Shown piece after piece: positions 41,188 to 54,762 of a stretch of DNA of 64,000 nt. Made by a program: the position numbers and the translations under genes. Source of the DNA: Mytilus edulis. Taxonomy: Eukaryota. Position 1 is the stretch's first letter; each line of letters opens with the position of its first letter. The stretch is taken from assembly GCF_963676685.1 (NCBI RefSeq), contig NC_092347.1, positions 39,122,001-39,186,000 on the forward strand. The letters run 5' to 3'. The notes beneath the pieces are model-generated. The model had not been told where the DNA came from, did no database searches, and worked only from the letters and a program-made list of their open reading frames with translations.

Positions 41188-41292
41188 TCCCCAAATTTTC
41201 TTCCTTTGATGCTATGTAAACTTGGCATGGAGACTAACTGGGATGTAAAACTCAAAATTCTTAAGTCACTCCCAGCAATAGCAAGACATAAG
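41188..41292 (+). CDS. FOCAD: Focadhesin-like exon G (SPNFLPLMLCKLGMETNWDVKLKILKSLPAIARHK)
   Basis: ttttcag acceptor, gtaaga donor; phase 0/0. Resembles VPNLIPVLMFKLG...ILYTLPKLGVHK. Confidence 0.92.
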
Positions 41293-41898
41293 GTAAGAAC
41301 TGATGTGAATTCTATAACTAGGTAGAAAGTACTGATGTAATATAGAAATAGTAGCTGCACAATTAAATGTGCAGGTTTTTTACTGTGCAGTTTATTTTTA
41401 CAGCATTTGATCTACATAGGCAAAGCAAGATTATTTGTGTGTAAATCTGGTTCAATCTCAACAAGTTAGAACCTTGGCAGTGGTTTTTTTCTTATATCTT
41501 AAGTGTTTTGTGTCTTGTAGGAATTTCTGTTGATTGGTTGTCTCCCTTGAGTTAAGTCTTTTACATCTTGTCTGGCTGTAAGGCTAAGGGTGATTTAAAA
41601 CTTAATGAGATATCAAATACAGCATATGATCCAGATAACAAATGCAGGTGGTTTATGTGTGTGTAAATCTGGTCTAACCTCAAGTTAGAACTTTGGCAGT
41701 GGTTTTCTTCTTATATCTTTATATTTAGTGTTTTATAAATGTCTTTCAAAAAGTTACACGAGGATGTGTTGTCTGACCTTGAGTTTATTCTTTTACATCT
41801 GTTTAGCTTTTGACAAGGGATGATTTTAAGCTTGACATATCCTATAAACAATTAACTGTCTATCATATTCATATGCAAATGTAGGTTTACTAAATTCG

Positions 41899-42539
41899 TT
41901 TTTTTAAACAGGATTTTTGTGACAAAAATGTCAGGTTATTGATTTGGGGATGTACGGCGGGTGGTCGGGCGGTCGGGCGGCCAGGCGGTCGGTCGGGTGG
42001 GCGGCAACCAAATGTTGTCTGTGCATTTACTCATGAACCGTTCATCCAAAGCTTTTTAAATTTTAATATGTTGTTACTGACAACAAAATGAAGGTCAAGT
42101 TCAAGAATGACGATTTTGACTTTTACCGTTCAGGAGTTATGGTTCTTGAAAGATTAAAAAATGGTGTTTCCAGTCGTGTCCGTGCATTTACTCATGAACT
42201 GTTCAACCAAAGCTTTTCAAATGTTGATATGTTGTTACTAATGACAAAATGGAGGTCAAGTTTAATAATGTCGATTTTGACTTTTACCGTTCAGGAGTTA
42301 TGGTTCTTGAAAGATAAAAAAATGGCGTTTCCATTCATGTTGTTGCATTTACTCATGAACCATTCAACCTAAGCTTTTTCAAATTTTAATATGTTGATAC
42401 TGATGACAAAATGGAGGTCAAATCTGATATTGACGATTTTCACTTTCACCGTTCATCAGTTATGATTCTTGTGATATTGCCAGGACACAAATAAATGTTA
42501 ATAAATCCGGTTTGCTGTCGTTGTGACAGCCTCTTGTTT
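41899..42539 (+). mobile_element. HINE family A, second copy
   Basis: Collinear with 3158-3747; expanded GGCG/GGTC microsatellite; T-rich flanks. Confidence 0.8.
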
Positions 42540-43525
42540 ATATTTTGATTCATTCACAATTCTTTTATTCATACTTTGTATATATAGGCATGGTAATCCT
42601 TACTTCATTGTTCAGGTTATTCATACTTTGAACAAATTCCATTCTTTTCTACTGAGAATTCTATACCAGATGTATTATAGGTTAAGTCTATTGTAATTTG
42701 GGTTGTTTGTACTATGTTAATCAATTGTTATACATTGTAGCTGTAACAAAATTTGAATGAATGTATACCAGTCCGTGAATTATTCCTGTAATTGATTGAT
42801 TGATGACTGTTTGACACAATGTTAGAACATATGGGCTTTATCATGGAAATGTTAAATGGTTATAAGCTCATTATGAATAAATGTTTCTCAAAAGATAGGT
42901 TTTAATTGACACAATTTGATCAAGAGTTATTGCCCTTTTGTCTCCATAGTTGAGGTCTATAGTTGCACAAGTTTCTTCGTAAATCAGCAAGATTAGTTTT
43001 TTTAAATTGAGCACTAGACTTTAGAAAAAGTTTTTTTTTTAACATATAGACTTTTTTTATTCATCACTGCGATCTAGAAAGGATCTGTAATGCATATTTC
43101 AATTTGGTTAGTCAAAGAAATGTTCATTATTATTATTATCAAAACACATAAATCCATAAAAACAAACGGAAATGACCAAAAGAAAAAGAGAGGAGAAAAA
43201 CTACAAATGTTCACAAAAAACACTGCACAGAAAACTGAAGATTGGGCATTGTAAATTCTACCAAATAAAAGATATATAAACATCGGTGCTTGGGTTTCGG
43301 TTGCTACTCTCCTTGCATGGTGCAACAGGTTCTCAGTGAAAAAACAGGGGCTAATTAGGCGTGTCTTAATGACAAGCTGGCTCACTCCCCTAGTGGAAAT
43401 CATTGTATTACACAGGAAAGGTAAAGATAAAGAACAAGTTTTAGATGTAATAAATGAGTTAAAGAGGACAGCACTGTGGTTATAAAAAAGAAATTATAAA
43501 TCACTAAGTTTTTATGTAATTTCAG

Positions 43526-43734
43526 GTTTGTGTTGGACCAGTGATGAAGACTATCCAATCTTTAGGCACCACACCAGCATTAAAACCTCTGTCCCTGAGT
43601 CTGATGGTAGACCTATGGCAGTTACAAGACAGATGTTTCCCCCACCTACTACAGATGGTTTCAGATTACTCCACTGGAAGTTATGATGTACAGCTGGCTA
43701 GAGCTAAAGCTTTATTGGAAGTCTGCAAAACAAG
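43526..43734 (+). CDS. FOCAD: Focadhesin-like exon H (VCVGPVMKTIQSLGTTPALKPLSLSLMVDLWQLQDRCFPHL...AKALLEVCKT)
   Basis: tttcag acceptor, gtgaga donor; phase 0/2. Strong resemblance to VCIGQILRIIQLLGTTPRL...LWEKQDRVYPEL. Confidence 0.93.
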
Positions 43735-44153
43735 GTGAGAAATATAGCCATCATTTGTGACCATGGTTAACTGATTTCATTGTTTTACCCAAGTCTACAC
43801 ACACTTCTATAGAAAATATTTACTTTATTGACCGTTTTGAATTTGGTTGAGCAATATCCAAATAATTCATGTAAATAGATATTCATCTAGTTTTAATTTC
43901 TAGTTGTTGTAATTTTTTTTGGAGAAATCCGTAGTACATTTATTGTCTCTCAAAGTTCCCTTCAAGTTCTCTAGCAAGTACCTTAAAGCTTTGTATTTTA
44001 AGACTATGATCTTTAATTTTGTGGAAAAGGGGAGTTGTTTTTATTTAAAAAAAAAAAGGTTTTCTTCGATTCATGACGTGTGTATGAGGTATAAACTGTT
44101 GACAAGTAATATAAGGGTTATTATTAGTTTAGTCACATAAAGCAAGTCTTTAT

Positions 44154-44341
44154 GAGGGTTTGGATGGGGTTAAATGATTAAAGAATAATGCCCTTAAAAA
44201 ATGAAGATTAGAGAAAAGCGTGGTCTTATTTTTTGAAGATTAGAGAAAAAAAGGGGTTAAGTTTTTGAAGATTAGAGAAAAAAGGGGTGAAAATTAAATG
44301 TTTACAGAATAACAGACCCCCCCCCCCTCATCCAGACCCTC
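44154..44341. mobile_element. Short MITE with GAG termini (Sola2-like?)
   Basis: gagggtttggatgggg / cctcatccagaccctc inverted ends; internal gaagattagagaaaa repeats. Confidence 0.5.
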
Positions 44342-44388
44342 CTTTGTCATGAGTACAAGAAGATATTCTTTAATTCATTTTATTTCAG

Positions 44389-44515
44389 ACCAGAACAGCA
44401 TGGGACAGACATGTTAGGACCTTTGTCAGATATTTTAAACACTTTTAGTAAAGAGGAGGAAGGTCCCATTGCAGCCATGGCACTTGAGGGTCTTTACTAC
44501 CTGTGTGAAGCTGAT
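44389..44515 (+). CDS. FOCAD: Focadhesin-like exon I (PEQHGTDMLGPLSDILNTFSKEEEGPIAAMALEGLYYLCEAD)
   Basis: tttcag acceptor, gtaagt donor; phase 2/0. Resembles RPYQHGADML...AALVLQGLHALCQAE. Confidence 0.93.
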
Positions 44516-44573
44516 GTAAGTTATGTAATGTTAAAGTTACGACGTTGGAGTACCATTATTATTTTTGCCTTAA

Positions 44574-44840
44574 GGTGGTACCCAGCACTTTCATTAAAGC
44601 TAATTTGGCTCTTTTAATTTTCATAAAATTTTTACAAAGTATAGACCTTTTGACAAAAATATATAAATTTCCAAAAAATTGAACCAACCGTTTTATCAAA
44701 AAAAAATATACTGATTATATAGCAGTTTGACAAACATTTATTTTGATCCTTGAGAAGCTTAATATTCCCTTAAAACACAATGTTATCAAAACGGTTAGCT
44801 GATTTTACAGAGTTTTCTCCCTGTAGTGTTAGGTACAACC
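44574..44840. mobile_element. TTAA-flanked MITE (Kolobok-like)
   Basis: ttaa-ggtggtacccagcact ... agtgttaggtacaacc-ttaa. Confidence 0.7.
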
Positions 44841-45437
44841 TTAAGTCACTTTGAATTCAAGAGAGTGAGGATAAGTTTTTCTTAAACATTTGAATTTTTT
44901 ATTCACAGTATGACAAAGTTAAATAACATGAATACCAAATGCAGAGGAAAAAGCATGTTATCAAATGTCATATTCAAAAGCTCAAACACATCAAACAAAT
45001 GGATAACAACTGTCATATTCCTAACTTTGTACAGGCATTTTCTTATGTTGAAACCTATGATAAACCTGAATAATCAAGTGATTTATAAACAAATGAGCTA
45101 CATCCAATAGAAATCCACCTAAAATGCAAATAAATATCACTACATCTAATTACGGTTGAAAAGATCTCAACAGAAAGACAGTAGCTGTTTGAAAATTGAA
45201 CAATCCTACAGAACAGACCAAAATTCATCTGTTATCTAACATTTGAATGGATAATGACAAAACCAATTATTTTATTGCATGTTGTTTCTCATGACAAAAT
45301 AAAGGTCTTTTTCAATATTAATGATTTTCACTTTTGCCATTCAGGAGTTCTGGTCCTTGTCTGATGGAATGATCCTTGACTAAAGAAATGAAAATGAGAA
45401 AATGTGTGAACTATAAAGATTTATTTTTTATTTTTAG

Positions 45438-45496
45438 GTTATTGACATCAAGTCAGCGTGGGATGTGTTGTCTGTTAAACTAAGTACTGATACGAG
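45438..45496 (+). CDS. FOCAD: Focadhesin-like exon J (VIDIKSAWDVLSVKLSTDT)
   Basis: tttttag acceptor, gttagt donor; phase 0/2. Resembles VVCIRSTWNALSPKLSCDTR. No further exon recognised before 64000. Confidence 0.92.
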
Positions 45497-46193
45497 GTTA
45501 GTCAATACAATGAAAAGACTTGTTCACCCCATCTGTTCTGAAACAGACTTTGAAATAAAAAATAATGTAAAACACATTTTTTTCTATGTTGAAGATTACA
45601 AATACATCAATAAAATAGAATGAATATTAAAAATTAATATGGTGACTGTGAATATTAGTACCAATTAAAGAAAAATTCTTAATTGCCATATTATAAAATC
45701 TGTGGATCAGTTTGAGATGCAAGGATTTTATGAAAAGTCAAACAAATTTCTTTTAGTCATTAATGCAAAATTTTCAAAAAAACAAGAAATTTACTTTAAA
45801 CTATCCCCAAAATTTAATTCAAAAATTGGTACCCAAGTAAAAGAAGAATCTGCTATTCCTAAATTTAAGAATGATTTTGATTATGGCAGAATAAGTATGA
45901 TTTCCAATAGTTTGTTAACTAAGGTTTAATGGTGTAGAACTTATATTCTGCTTTTGACATTTTAAAAGGAGTAAAAATTGTCTGCAACATCATTAAATGA
46001 CAGATTTTTTATTTTGCAATTAAAGCGTTGTCATAGAAATACTTCCAAATTGAAACTTATGTAATTTCTTCAAACAGTTATAGTAATTCTTATAATTTCA
46101 CTCAAATTAACTTTATTATGTAACAAGTACCATTAGCTTTACTCGCACGGAATATTAGTATAAAACTCTATCATCAATATAAGCTTAAAATTC

Positions 46194-47842
46194 GGTTTAT
46201 TCCCGATTGTCCCACTTTTTAAAATTTTAGAGTTCTGATTGTCCCACATGAAAAGTTCTGATTGTCCCACATTATTTTATGTAGTAAAATGTTCTTAGAT
46301 AAACAAGGTAACTGTTGTTTGTTTTGCTAAATAAACAAGAATTAATTATTGCACATTTAATATTAATTTTATAAAAGTATAAAAAAAATGTTTTTTAAAT
46401 CATTAGATTGATACACTTTTGATTAAAAAAATATAATATTTCTGATTTATGAAATAGATCTTTTAAGGTCTTGAATTAAACTTTTTTTCTGAACCTGATT
46501 TTTGGGTTTATATATGAATCTAGAAAAATAATTGGTGACGAAAATCATATGGTGGTGCACTTATTTTTGCTACAGCCATTTGAAAGTACCCAATTCTGAT
46601 AATTTTGTCAGTTTTCATCAAATGTTATCCATTTTTGGGCTATTATCATGACAAAAATCACAGTTTCACAATTAAACTTTATTTTTTTTATACTTTCAAT
46701 AAAGATAGGTTGGACCAATCTGAATAGATCTAACTTAAAAAAAAACCTTGAAGTAGGTGTTAATATAAGAAAGTTTAATAAAATTTTATTGCTTTTTTGT
46801 GTCAAATTGACCATTCTATTGACTATTCTGAATCACTATTGACCATTCTGTCAATTTGTCAATTTGTCAATTTTGGAATTTTCTCTTTTTTTAGAACACA
46901 AATCTTATTATTTCAACTTCTTTGTTATAATTGATTGAAAAAATACATATTTGAAAAATTTGAAAGATTTTTCTTTTATATGGGATGCACATGCTTCTGG
47001 TAAAAATCATTTCTTGTACCCCCATCCATTTTCTCTAAATTTGCTGCTGTCTAGAACTTTTCCAGATCAGCCTTTCAAAGAATCACTATTAAAGGTTGCT
47101 TTTCCAATTTTCCCATTGTGTTTGCAGTCAACAGGACTCTTCACCAATTATAAAGAAGAGCAAGACTTCCATAAGAAATAAGAAGATGCGGTATGATTGT
47201 CAATGAGACAACTCTCCCAAAGAGACCAAATGACACAGAAATTAACAACTATAGGTCACCATACGGCCTTCAACAATGAGCAAATCCCATACCACATAGC
47301 TACAAAAGGCCCCAAAATGACTAATGTAAAACGAGAAAACTAATGGCATAATTTATGTACAAAATAATGAACGAAAAACAAATATGTTACACGGCAACAA
47401 ACGACAACCACTGACTTACAGGCTCCTGGCTTGGGACATAACCACAACAAAGACACTAAGTACAGATCTGAGAGTACTCACAGTACTGACTGCTAGTTCA
47501 AAGCCAATACAAATATGCATCTTAGACTAAAAAAAAATGTTTTTTTAAAAGACTTCATATTATATCATATGATACTTCAATTGTACCTACTATGAGCAAA
47601 ATAAAATATGTAAATATTATTATTTGTTCTTATTTTGTTCATATTTTATAAGTTACATTGATTAGTAACCTTTGATTAACTGCAACACGCTATAAAAACA
47701 AATTAATCATTATAAAAACAGTTCCCAATTGTCCCACATTTAAACTTCCCAATTGTCCCACAAACATATTCCCGATTGTCCCACAAGATTTCATTACCTT
47801 TTTACCTGTAATTTCAAAAAGTGGGACAATCGGGAAGACACC
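46194..47842. mobile_element. Non-autonomous TIR element, GG termini, 8-bp TSD (Merlin- or MULE-like), with nested repeats
   Basis: ~27-bp TIR ggtttattcccgattgtcccacttttt / aaaaagtgggacaatcgggaagacacc; TSD taaaattc at 46186-46193 and 47843-47850; empty paralogous site at ~48901-48920. Confidence 0.85.
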
Positions 47843-49101
47843 TAAAATTCCACCCTCTGAAAGATCTCATTATATCGGATTAAACCGAATACAAGAATTC
47901 ACAACAATTTATCTTTTATTGGAAATGTTTGGAATAGTAAATTCAGCATAAGTACTGCAATGACTGCACTCTTGTAAAATACAAGCTCATTTAAAAATAA
48001 AATCTTCCAGAGAAACATGTTTCAGAGATTTACTAAAAGTTGATCATAATAACAATCATGCAATAATTGAAAATTTTTATTCAAATTTTACATGGGATTG
48101 TTACAATTGCCCATGGAGTTTAATGGGGGGCGTAAAGGGGAGCATCTGCAGGGGAAAACGTGAAACAAAATTGCCATTTCACGATAAATGAACAATTAAA
48201 ACACATTGATCTTTTTACCGATTTCACAAAACACAGGGAATAACGAACCTTTTTCATGGCTGCATGTGTAATAAAAGTGGCAAAACACGTTGCACGAAAA
48301 TAACCCTTTACCACCCTCTTAAATGGTTTCAGAGGATATCAGCAGCTCTATAGTCCGTGCTTTGACACTAGCATGATTTTATAACATACTGCTCTGAAAT
48401 TCTCTGTTGATCAATTTAGCAATAATAAAAAACTAAGGTTCCAAGTCAAAGTTGCAATTTGCCTTATTTGGCCTTGAAATTTAAACTATCCAGAATTATA
48501 CAATTTTTTTCTGAATTCACAAAATTGGAACCAAAGAAAAGAATGAATCCACTCTACCTAAACTTGTGAACAATTTTAATAACTGCAAAACAAGTATGAT
48601 TCCAGTAAAAGGATTAAGCTATAGTTTATTGGCCTAATTATTATTTCATATTTTGCTTTTGGCATTTTATATAATGTAAAAAATATATACACCATCATTT
48701 CATGACAATTTTTTTTGTTTTTGTTTTTTGCAATTGCATTTCATGTCATAGAAATAATTCCAAATTGAACCTTATGCAATTTCTTCCAAGAATTAACGTA
48801 ATTCTTATAATTTCACTCAAATTAACTTTATTATGTAACAATTAAGTGCCATCAGCTTTACTCGCACGGAATACTAATATAAAACTCCTATCATCAATAT
48901 AAGCTTAAAACTCCACCCTCTGAAAGATCTCATTATATCGGATTAAACAGAAAACTAGAATTCACAATAGTTTATCTTTTATTGAAAATGTTTAAAATAA
49001 TATTCATTATTCATCTGAAGTACTGCACTCTTGTGAATAAATGATAGATTTAAAAAAAAAATCGTGACCTGTTGAAGATATTTGCTAAAAGTTAGTCTTA
49101 A

Positions 49102-49663
49102 AGTCATAAGAAACCTCAAATCAAAAAAAATAATGCATACATTTTTTTATAACTCAATGGATAGTTTTCATTGTAAAACTTATGTACATATACTTTTTTC
49201 TGAAGAAAATTCTTTAATTTATTCATATTTAGAAGAAGTTTACTTTATTTTCATTGCTTTCTTCCAGGAAGCAATTCCCCAGACATATTTTCCGTATGCA
49301 AAGTGACCTCAGTGTGACCCATCTCGTAAAATTCCGGTGATCACAATACGCATGGATGTCCTTAAATTAAACTATTATCTGAATTTACATGTTAAACACG
49401 TGCTCAATTTCCATGCTTTTTTGTTGATTTTTTGTCGATTGTTGACAAACAGGTGACAATCGTTAAACTTCGGCTTCAAAAGACGAACTTTAATTACCTG
49501 CCATATTTTCACAACAACACTGACCGATTGAAAAAAAAATTGACGATTATACGAAATTTACACGAAAAAAATGCTAAATTCGTGCACAGAAAACTGAGTT
49601 AATGATGTTTGTATGCATTGGTTCAAGAATTGGAAGAACATTATTTTTCACCGGTCAATGACT
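49102..49663. mobile_element. TTAA-flanked non-autonomous element (Kolobok-like)
   Basis: ttaa-agtcat ... atgact-ttaa. The TIR is very short; the interior is CpG-richer than the flanks. Confidence 0.55.
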
Positions 49664-51110
49664 TTAATAATAATTAAAGGATGGAAATTTTATTAGCATT
49701 ATTTACGCTGGGTTAATACTGTAGTTTCTGGACTTCTATGGTTGCAGGGGATATAAACATTGACTTTCTTAAACTTGGTAATAATAATAATTGAAGGATA
49801 AACATTTTTATTTTCATTTTACACTGGCTTCATTCCACGATTGATGGCACTTCTATGGTTGCAGATATCATTAGCTCAGTTGTAAGCTATATAGTTCTTT
49901 GACACTTACATGATATAAACCTTCTACTTAGAAATGCTAAAGAAGCTTAGGTTTAAAGGCAACTGGCCTTGCTATTTTATTCAGGTCCATTTTGGTCATA
50001 TATTTCTTCAAGTGTTCAATAGGTATTTAGATATCTTTGACTTTTACTTTTCTAATCATTTGTTTTTCATTTTTAATGAAAAGGAAATGTGAGAAAATAT
50101 TTTAATGGGAAAAAAGCTATGTTACCTATTTGTTTTATCTTCATTATTTTGTACATCAATTAGGCTTGTTAGTTTTCTTGTTTGAACTGATTTACATTTG
50201 TCATTGCCGGGCCTTTTATAGCTGAGACCATCATTATTGGCTTAGCTCATTGTTGAAGGCCTGTAATGTCTGTGTCATTTGGTCTCTAGTTAAGAGTTGT
50301 TTCATTGGCAATCATACCACATCTTTTTTTTTATATACACCATACTTTCTTCAAAATAAAAAAAAAAGTCTAAATAGGTCAAGCCCTAAACTGCCCCTAG
50401 TCTAGTCTATATAAGAAGATTATACTTTTAACAGAGATCTATCCTTTTTACCAATTTCCCTAAAGGACAAGAAATCATCAAAATAAAACTAAAGAAAACC
50501 GCTGCATTATGCTGTCATTAATCTTTTGATTGAGGATGTCTGAAGAATTTGTACTTTTCATGTAAGAAGTTGCCTTTTTTGTCATTAATCCTTTGACTGA
50601 GGATGTCTGAAGAATTTGTACTTTTCATGTAAGAAGTTGCCTTGAAACATATTAAATGCATAATTTCTGTAGAAACACCTTATAAGAGAAGGCATATTAT
50701 AATCTAATATTGTTCTTTTGAAGTGTGCTTTCATCAAATTAGTCATTTCTGGAGCAGGGACAAATAGATAATTGGCAGCATTTTACAAAGCTTTAGGTTG
50801 ACATGGAATGGCTTCTTGGATATTTTTGTAACACCCACGATTAGACTTCATGGTGAAGAAAAACTTTAAGTAAGAGAAAACTCTGCTGAAGTGTTCGGTG
50901 TTGGAGTGAAAAAAAGTCACTAAACTAATTATTTATGTCCCCAACCTTGTTATTACAATAAAGTTGTTATCTAATGGCTTAAGATAATAATCACAGCAGT
51001 AAATTTGATTTTGTCTGACAGTTTATCATAATTCATTTAGGGACGATAAAAACATATTCAGTGTCTCTAATATGAATGATATGGATAAAATGCTTATATC
51101 ATTGACTTAA

Positions 51111-54100
51111 AGGGAAACTTCGCAAAAAAATCAAAAATTGATATTATGTTCATTCTGTATAAAAATGCTCAAATTCATAGATATTAAAGTTTTATTCCGC
51201 TAGATAAGCGATCACCATCGATTTTAAATTTAGAGTATCAATTCTCTGCGATCCGCCATTTTGTCTTCTTTCCCGATTAATAAAAACGATATGTCTATAA
51301 ACCACAAAGAAACAAAACTACAGTAACCGATGTAGTCGTAATTGCGTGTCGATATCTTGTCAATCGTACGGTTGTTTTATCCGACTAACTAACTTGATAC
51401 GAAAAATATTCTTACTTTTTTTAAATTACCATGGTCTGTTGTTTTTAAACTGTTGATATTGGAATTAGGTGAAAAGTCAAAGTTGAAATCATAAATAAGT
51501 GTTCCGTGAAAATTGTTTTCGAAAATCTAATTTGTTCATAATTCTTTAAAGTAATAAACAAATATATTTTGATCTTCCCTCATCTGATCACCAGCATGGC
51601 TAAAGGTATTACTTCCAAAGGTATTGTGAGGGGTGTGAGGTGACACGTCCAGGTATTCAAGCGATTTCCTGTCGGGCTTGCAAGTTCATGCATCGTTTCA
51701 CTTCTGCAGGTATTGATCAGTGTACACGGCTGATAACTTATAACTTATAACTTTCCATTTTGAACTATCAGATGAATAATATACAACTCTGTCTTACTTG
51801 TCATTACTAAACTCATACGCTTGTAAGTGTTTATAAATAACATTTCTGGTGTAAAGAATATAATTCATAAACATATAAATAATACCCAAAAAATAAGATT
51901 TGATGAAATTAAAATCTATTTAAATATTTTTTCCAAGGGTGAATTTGGAAAAATGTAATATATAGTCATTGTCAATAGTGAAGGACAGATTGGAACAGAC
52001 CAGAAATATTGATTTAAAAAAATGTACGCACTTGCCGACGATTCGTTTATACGACTGGATAGAAAGTTACGGAACTATAGCGCAATTTAAAATATATACA
52101 TGTATACATTGAACATAAGAAAAAAACATATATTTTGAATAAATAGGGGTAAAAGGGTTGTAAATAGACTGGTCCACGTATGCCAACAGTATGTAATCAT
52201 CGAATGTCGATAAACTATTGTATACCAGAAGAAGAAGAGAACCAATTTGATTTAAATACAGGTCGATGTATAACTTTTGCTTTGGTTCATTGAAGCTGTG
52301 GACCTAGTAAAATCACAGATTTATATTTCAATAAGATTGTTCTCGAACAAAGGAAGTAATTCGTCATCACAATTGTTATATATGCCACTGGACGAACACT
52401 AATTATCCCCAGGGAATGTGAATATTTTGCTGGGAAACTTTTGAGTATCAAAGTTTCAAATTAATTTCGGGATTTATTTTCTTTCTTGGTATTCAATAAC
52501 AGAAAAAAGAATAAATAACTTGTTCGCTAAATAGGGGTATTCTTGTCAGATAAAAGACTTTTAGTTATATTTAAAAAATAGGGAAATATGACATTAAATT
52601 GGTTCTGTCTTTTTTTAAACATCGTTAAAAAGATGTGTGTCTAAGGTGAACGCCACAAGAACCCTGTAATACTAGTACGAGAGTATAGCATGTAAACATT
52701 CCTTCTCAATAATATGGTTGTATTGGAAATCTTTTCATACAGATTGACAACTCATTGTCCGATATGCATGTAATATTTGCCACATGACGCCCATAGTTCT
52801 TTCTACCATCATCATCTTATTCTGTGATATTGCTGTAAACATCGATGGTTCACACCCAAACAAAATGGGAGTAATGGACCTTCAGAGCTTCTCCGTGTTA
52901 TACACTTGTGAAATATATAGACGAAATTTCTGTATTGAAATGAATCTACATCTCACAAACAGGATTTTCAAATAACGATTGTGAGTAATCACCTTACAAA
53001 CCAATATAAACGTATGGCAAGATATAACCATGAAGGAATTTAGTTTTTGTCAGACGCAAGAACTCATCACTATATATATATCATAAACGTATACGTATAT
53101 ATGCATACAGTTTCAAATATTAAGAACAAGCGGTCGATGTCGATAGTCTGTTTTCTAACTGTTCAGAGTTAGACATGTCACTTGTTCATTCTTGGAAGCC
53201 TTCATATTCCCCGTCTAACGATGGGAACTCTTTCTGATTGTGTTGACTATAAATGCTTGTATGGTAATTCTGTCGTTTATCTGTACAAGCGGTTGCATTT
53301 CCTCTCCTTTCCCAACAAACAAACGAACGAAACGCCACTAGTCTGATTTCTCTGGAGCTCATCCTCAATGGCTCTTATACGTCAGGAAACTTACATGTAT
53401 ACTAATAATGATTGTTTCAAGAACAACGATGTATGGACGAACTATTATAAATTCGTCAATATCAGTTATGCATGACTAAAATATAACTTTTATTACAACT
53501 ACTGTATTACTTATTTGGATTAATGACGGCTATCATGTTCAACATTGCACAAATATTATCATAGAATTTAAAAAAAAATCCTCAAAAATCCTCAAAAGAA
53601 ATAATGCCTTAGCTTAGATAATTGATATTCTTTTCACAAAAAGTTCGTGTAATTGATTGTCAAATGAATTTATTTATGTAAGAATAAAATGTTAAAAAGA
53701 AACTAAAAAAAAATCATGCATGTTGTATGTTGTATTTTTTGGTCAATTAAAAACTTTAAAATTGCAATAGTTTTATTAGCATTTAAACACAGCCAGATTT
53801 GAATACAAGTTAAGAAATTCCGGTAAAGTCAATGATATCAAACAGATGTACAATGGTATATCAAATTGGGTAATATTGCATTTAGTTTTTATAAAAGATT
53901 AAAACTACTATTTTTTGCTTCATATTTGAATCTTTACGCCAATTGCCGCTAAGAAAGTAATCAAAAATTGTTTCCTTTTATTTTTATACACTTTCGGAAT
54001 TACGAATCTGAATTTTATTTTCAATTAATTTACACAATTTTATTATTGTATCTTTATTCTCATCGTGTATTAAATCTTAGTGTATTAACATCGTGACAGC

Positions 54101-54762
54101 ATACTCTTTCTAATCCTTTCTGTTTATCCTTTCCAAATAACAACATTTATACCTGTGTACGCTTGAACTCACACCTGCGGCTAAATAGCTACAAGGTAAA
54201 CGAATTGACCTCAAGCCGAGAAATATACAGTGACCTTTACAAAATAATATACACACTCTGCTCACACATTAGTTGCATTGAAATGATTATCAAAACAATA
54301 ACGGTAAATAGAACTGAAATATTTTCAGTTCAATATCAGTAAAAATGTTCAATAAATATTTTATGAAAAAAATCTCAACAATAATTAATTAAATTTATTC
54401 AAAAACATTTACTAGAGATAATTTTATAGGAGTTTAATTCAATCAATACAAAACGGTATATGCATATTCATTTTCGTTCATTCTTATATTGTGGTTCATA
54501 ACTTCGACCATTCGTCAGCTGTGCGCTTTTAATTACGTATATTGTCGATAAGCTATAAGAGTTCAACAGATTTTATTTTTTCCCAGAATTCAATAAATCG
54601 GGCTAATACGTCACGACCCACTCGAGAATTCAACCAAAAAAGTTACAAATACTTGATTTTCTCCGTTATTAGAAGGAATATAAATTTAAAACTTTGCAAA
54701 TGTGTTTTTTATGTTAAGATGAACATAATTAGATGATAAGTAAAAAATCGCGGAATTTCCCT
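51111..54762. mobile_element. Kolobok DNA transposon, decayed/non-autonomous (3.65 kb)
   Basis: TTAA TSD (51107-51110, 54763-54766), TIR agggaaacttcgc / gcggaatttccct, internal KolX-like relic. The flanks rejoin to match a paralogous segment near 57020-57200. Confidence 0.8.
53186..53360 (-). pseudogene. KolX / P2X7 C-terminal ballast-like relic inside the Kolobok element
   Basis: REIRLVAFRSFVCW, then after a frameshift NDRITIQAFIVNTIR, then after another KEFPSLDGEYEGFQE*. Matches the RxxAYRxFxxW...RxxIPxCxxxxIRxxFP..xGxYxGF pattern. Confidence 0.7.
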
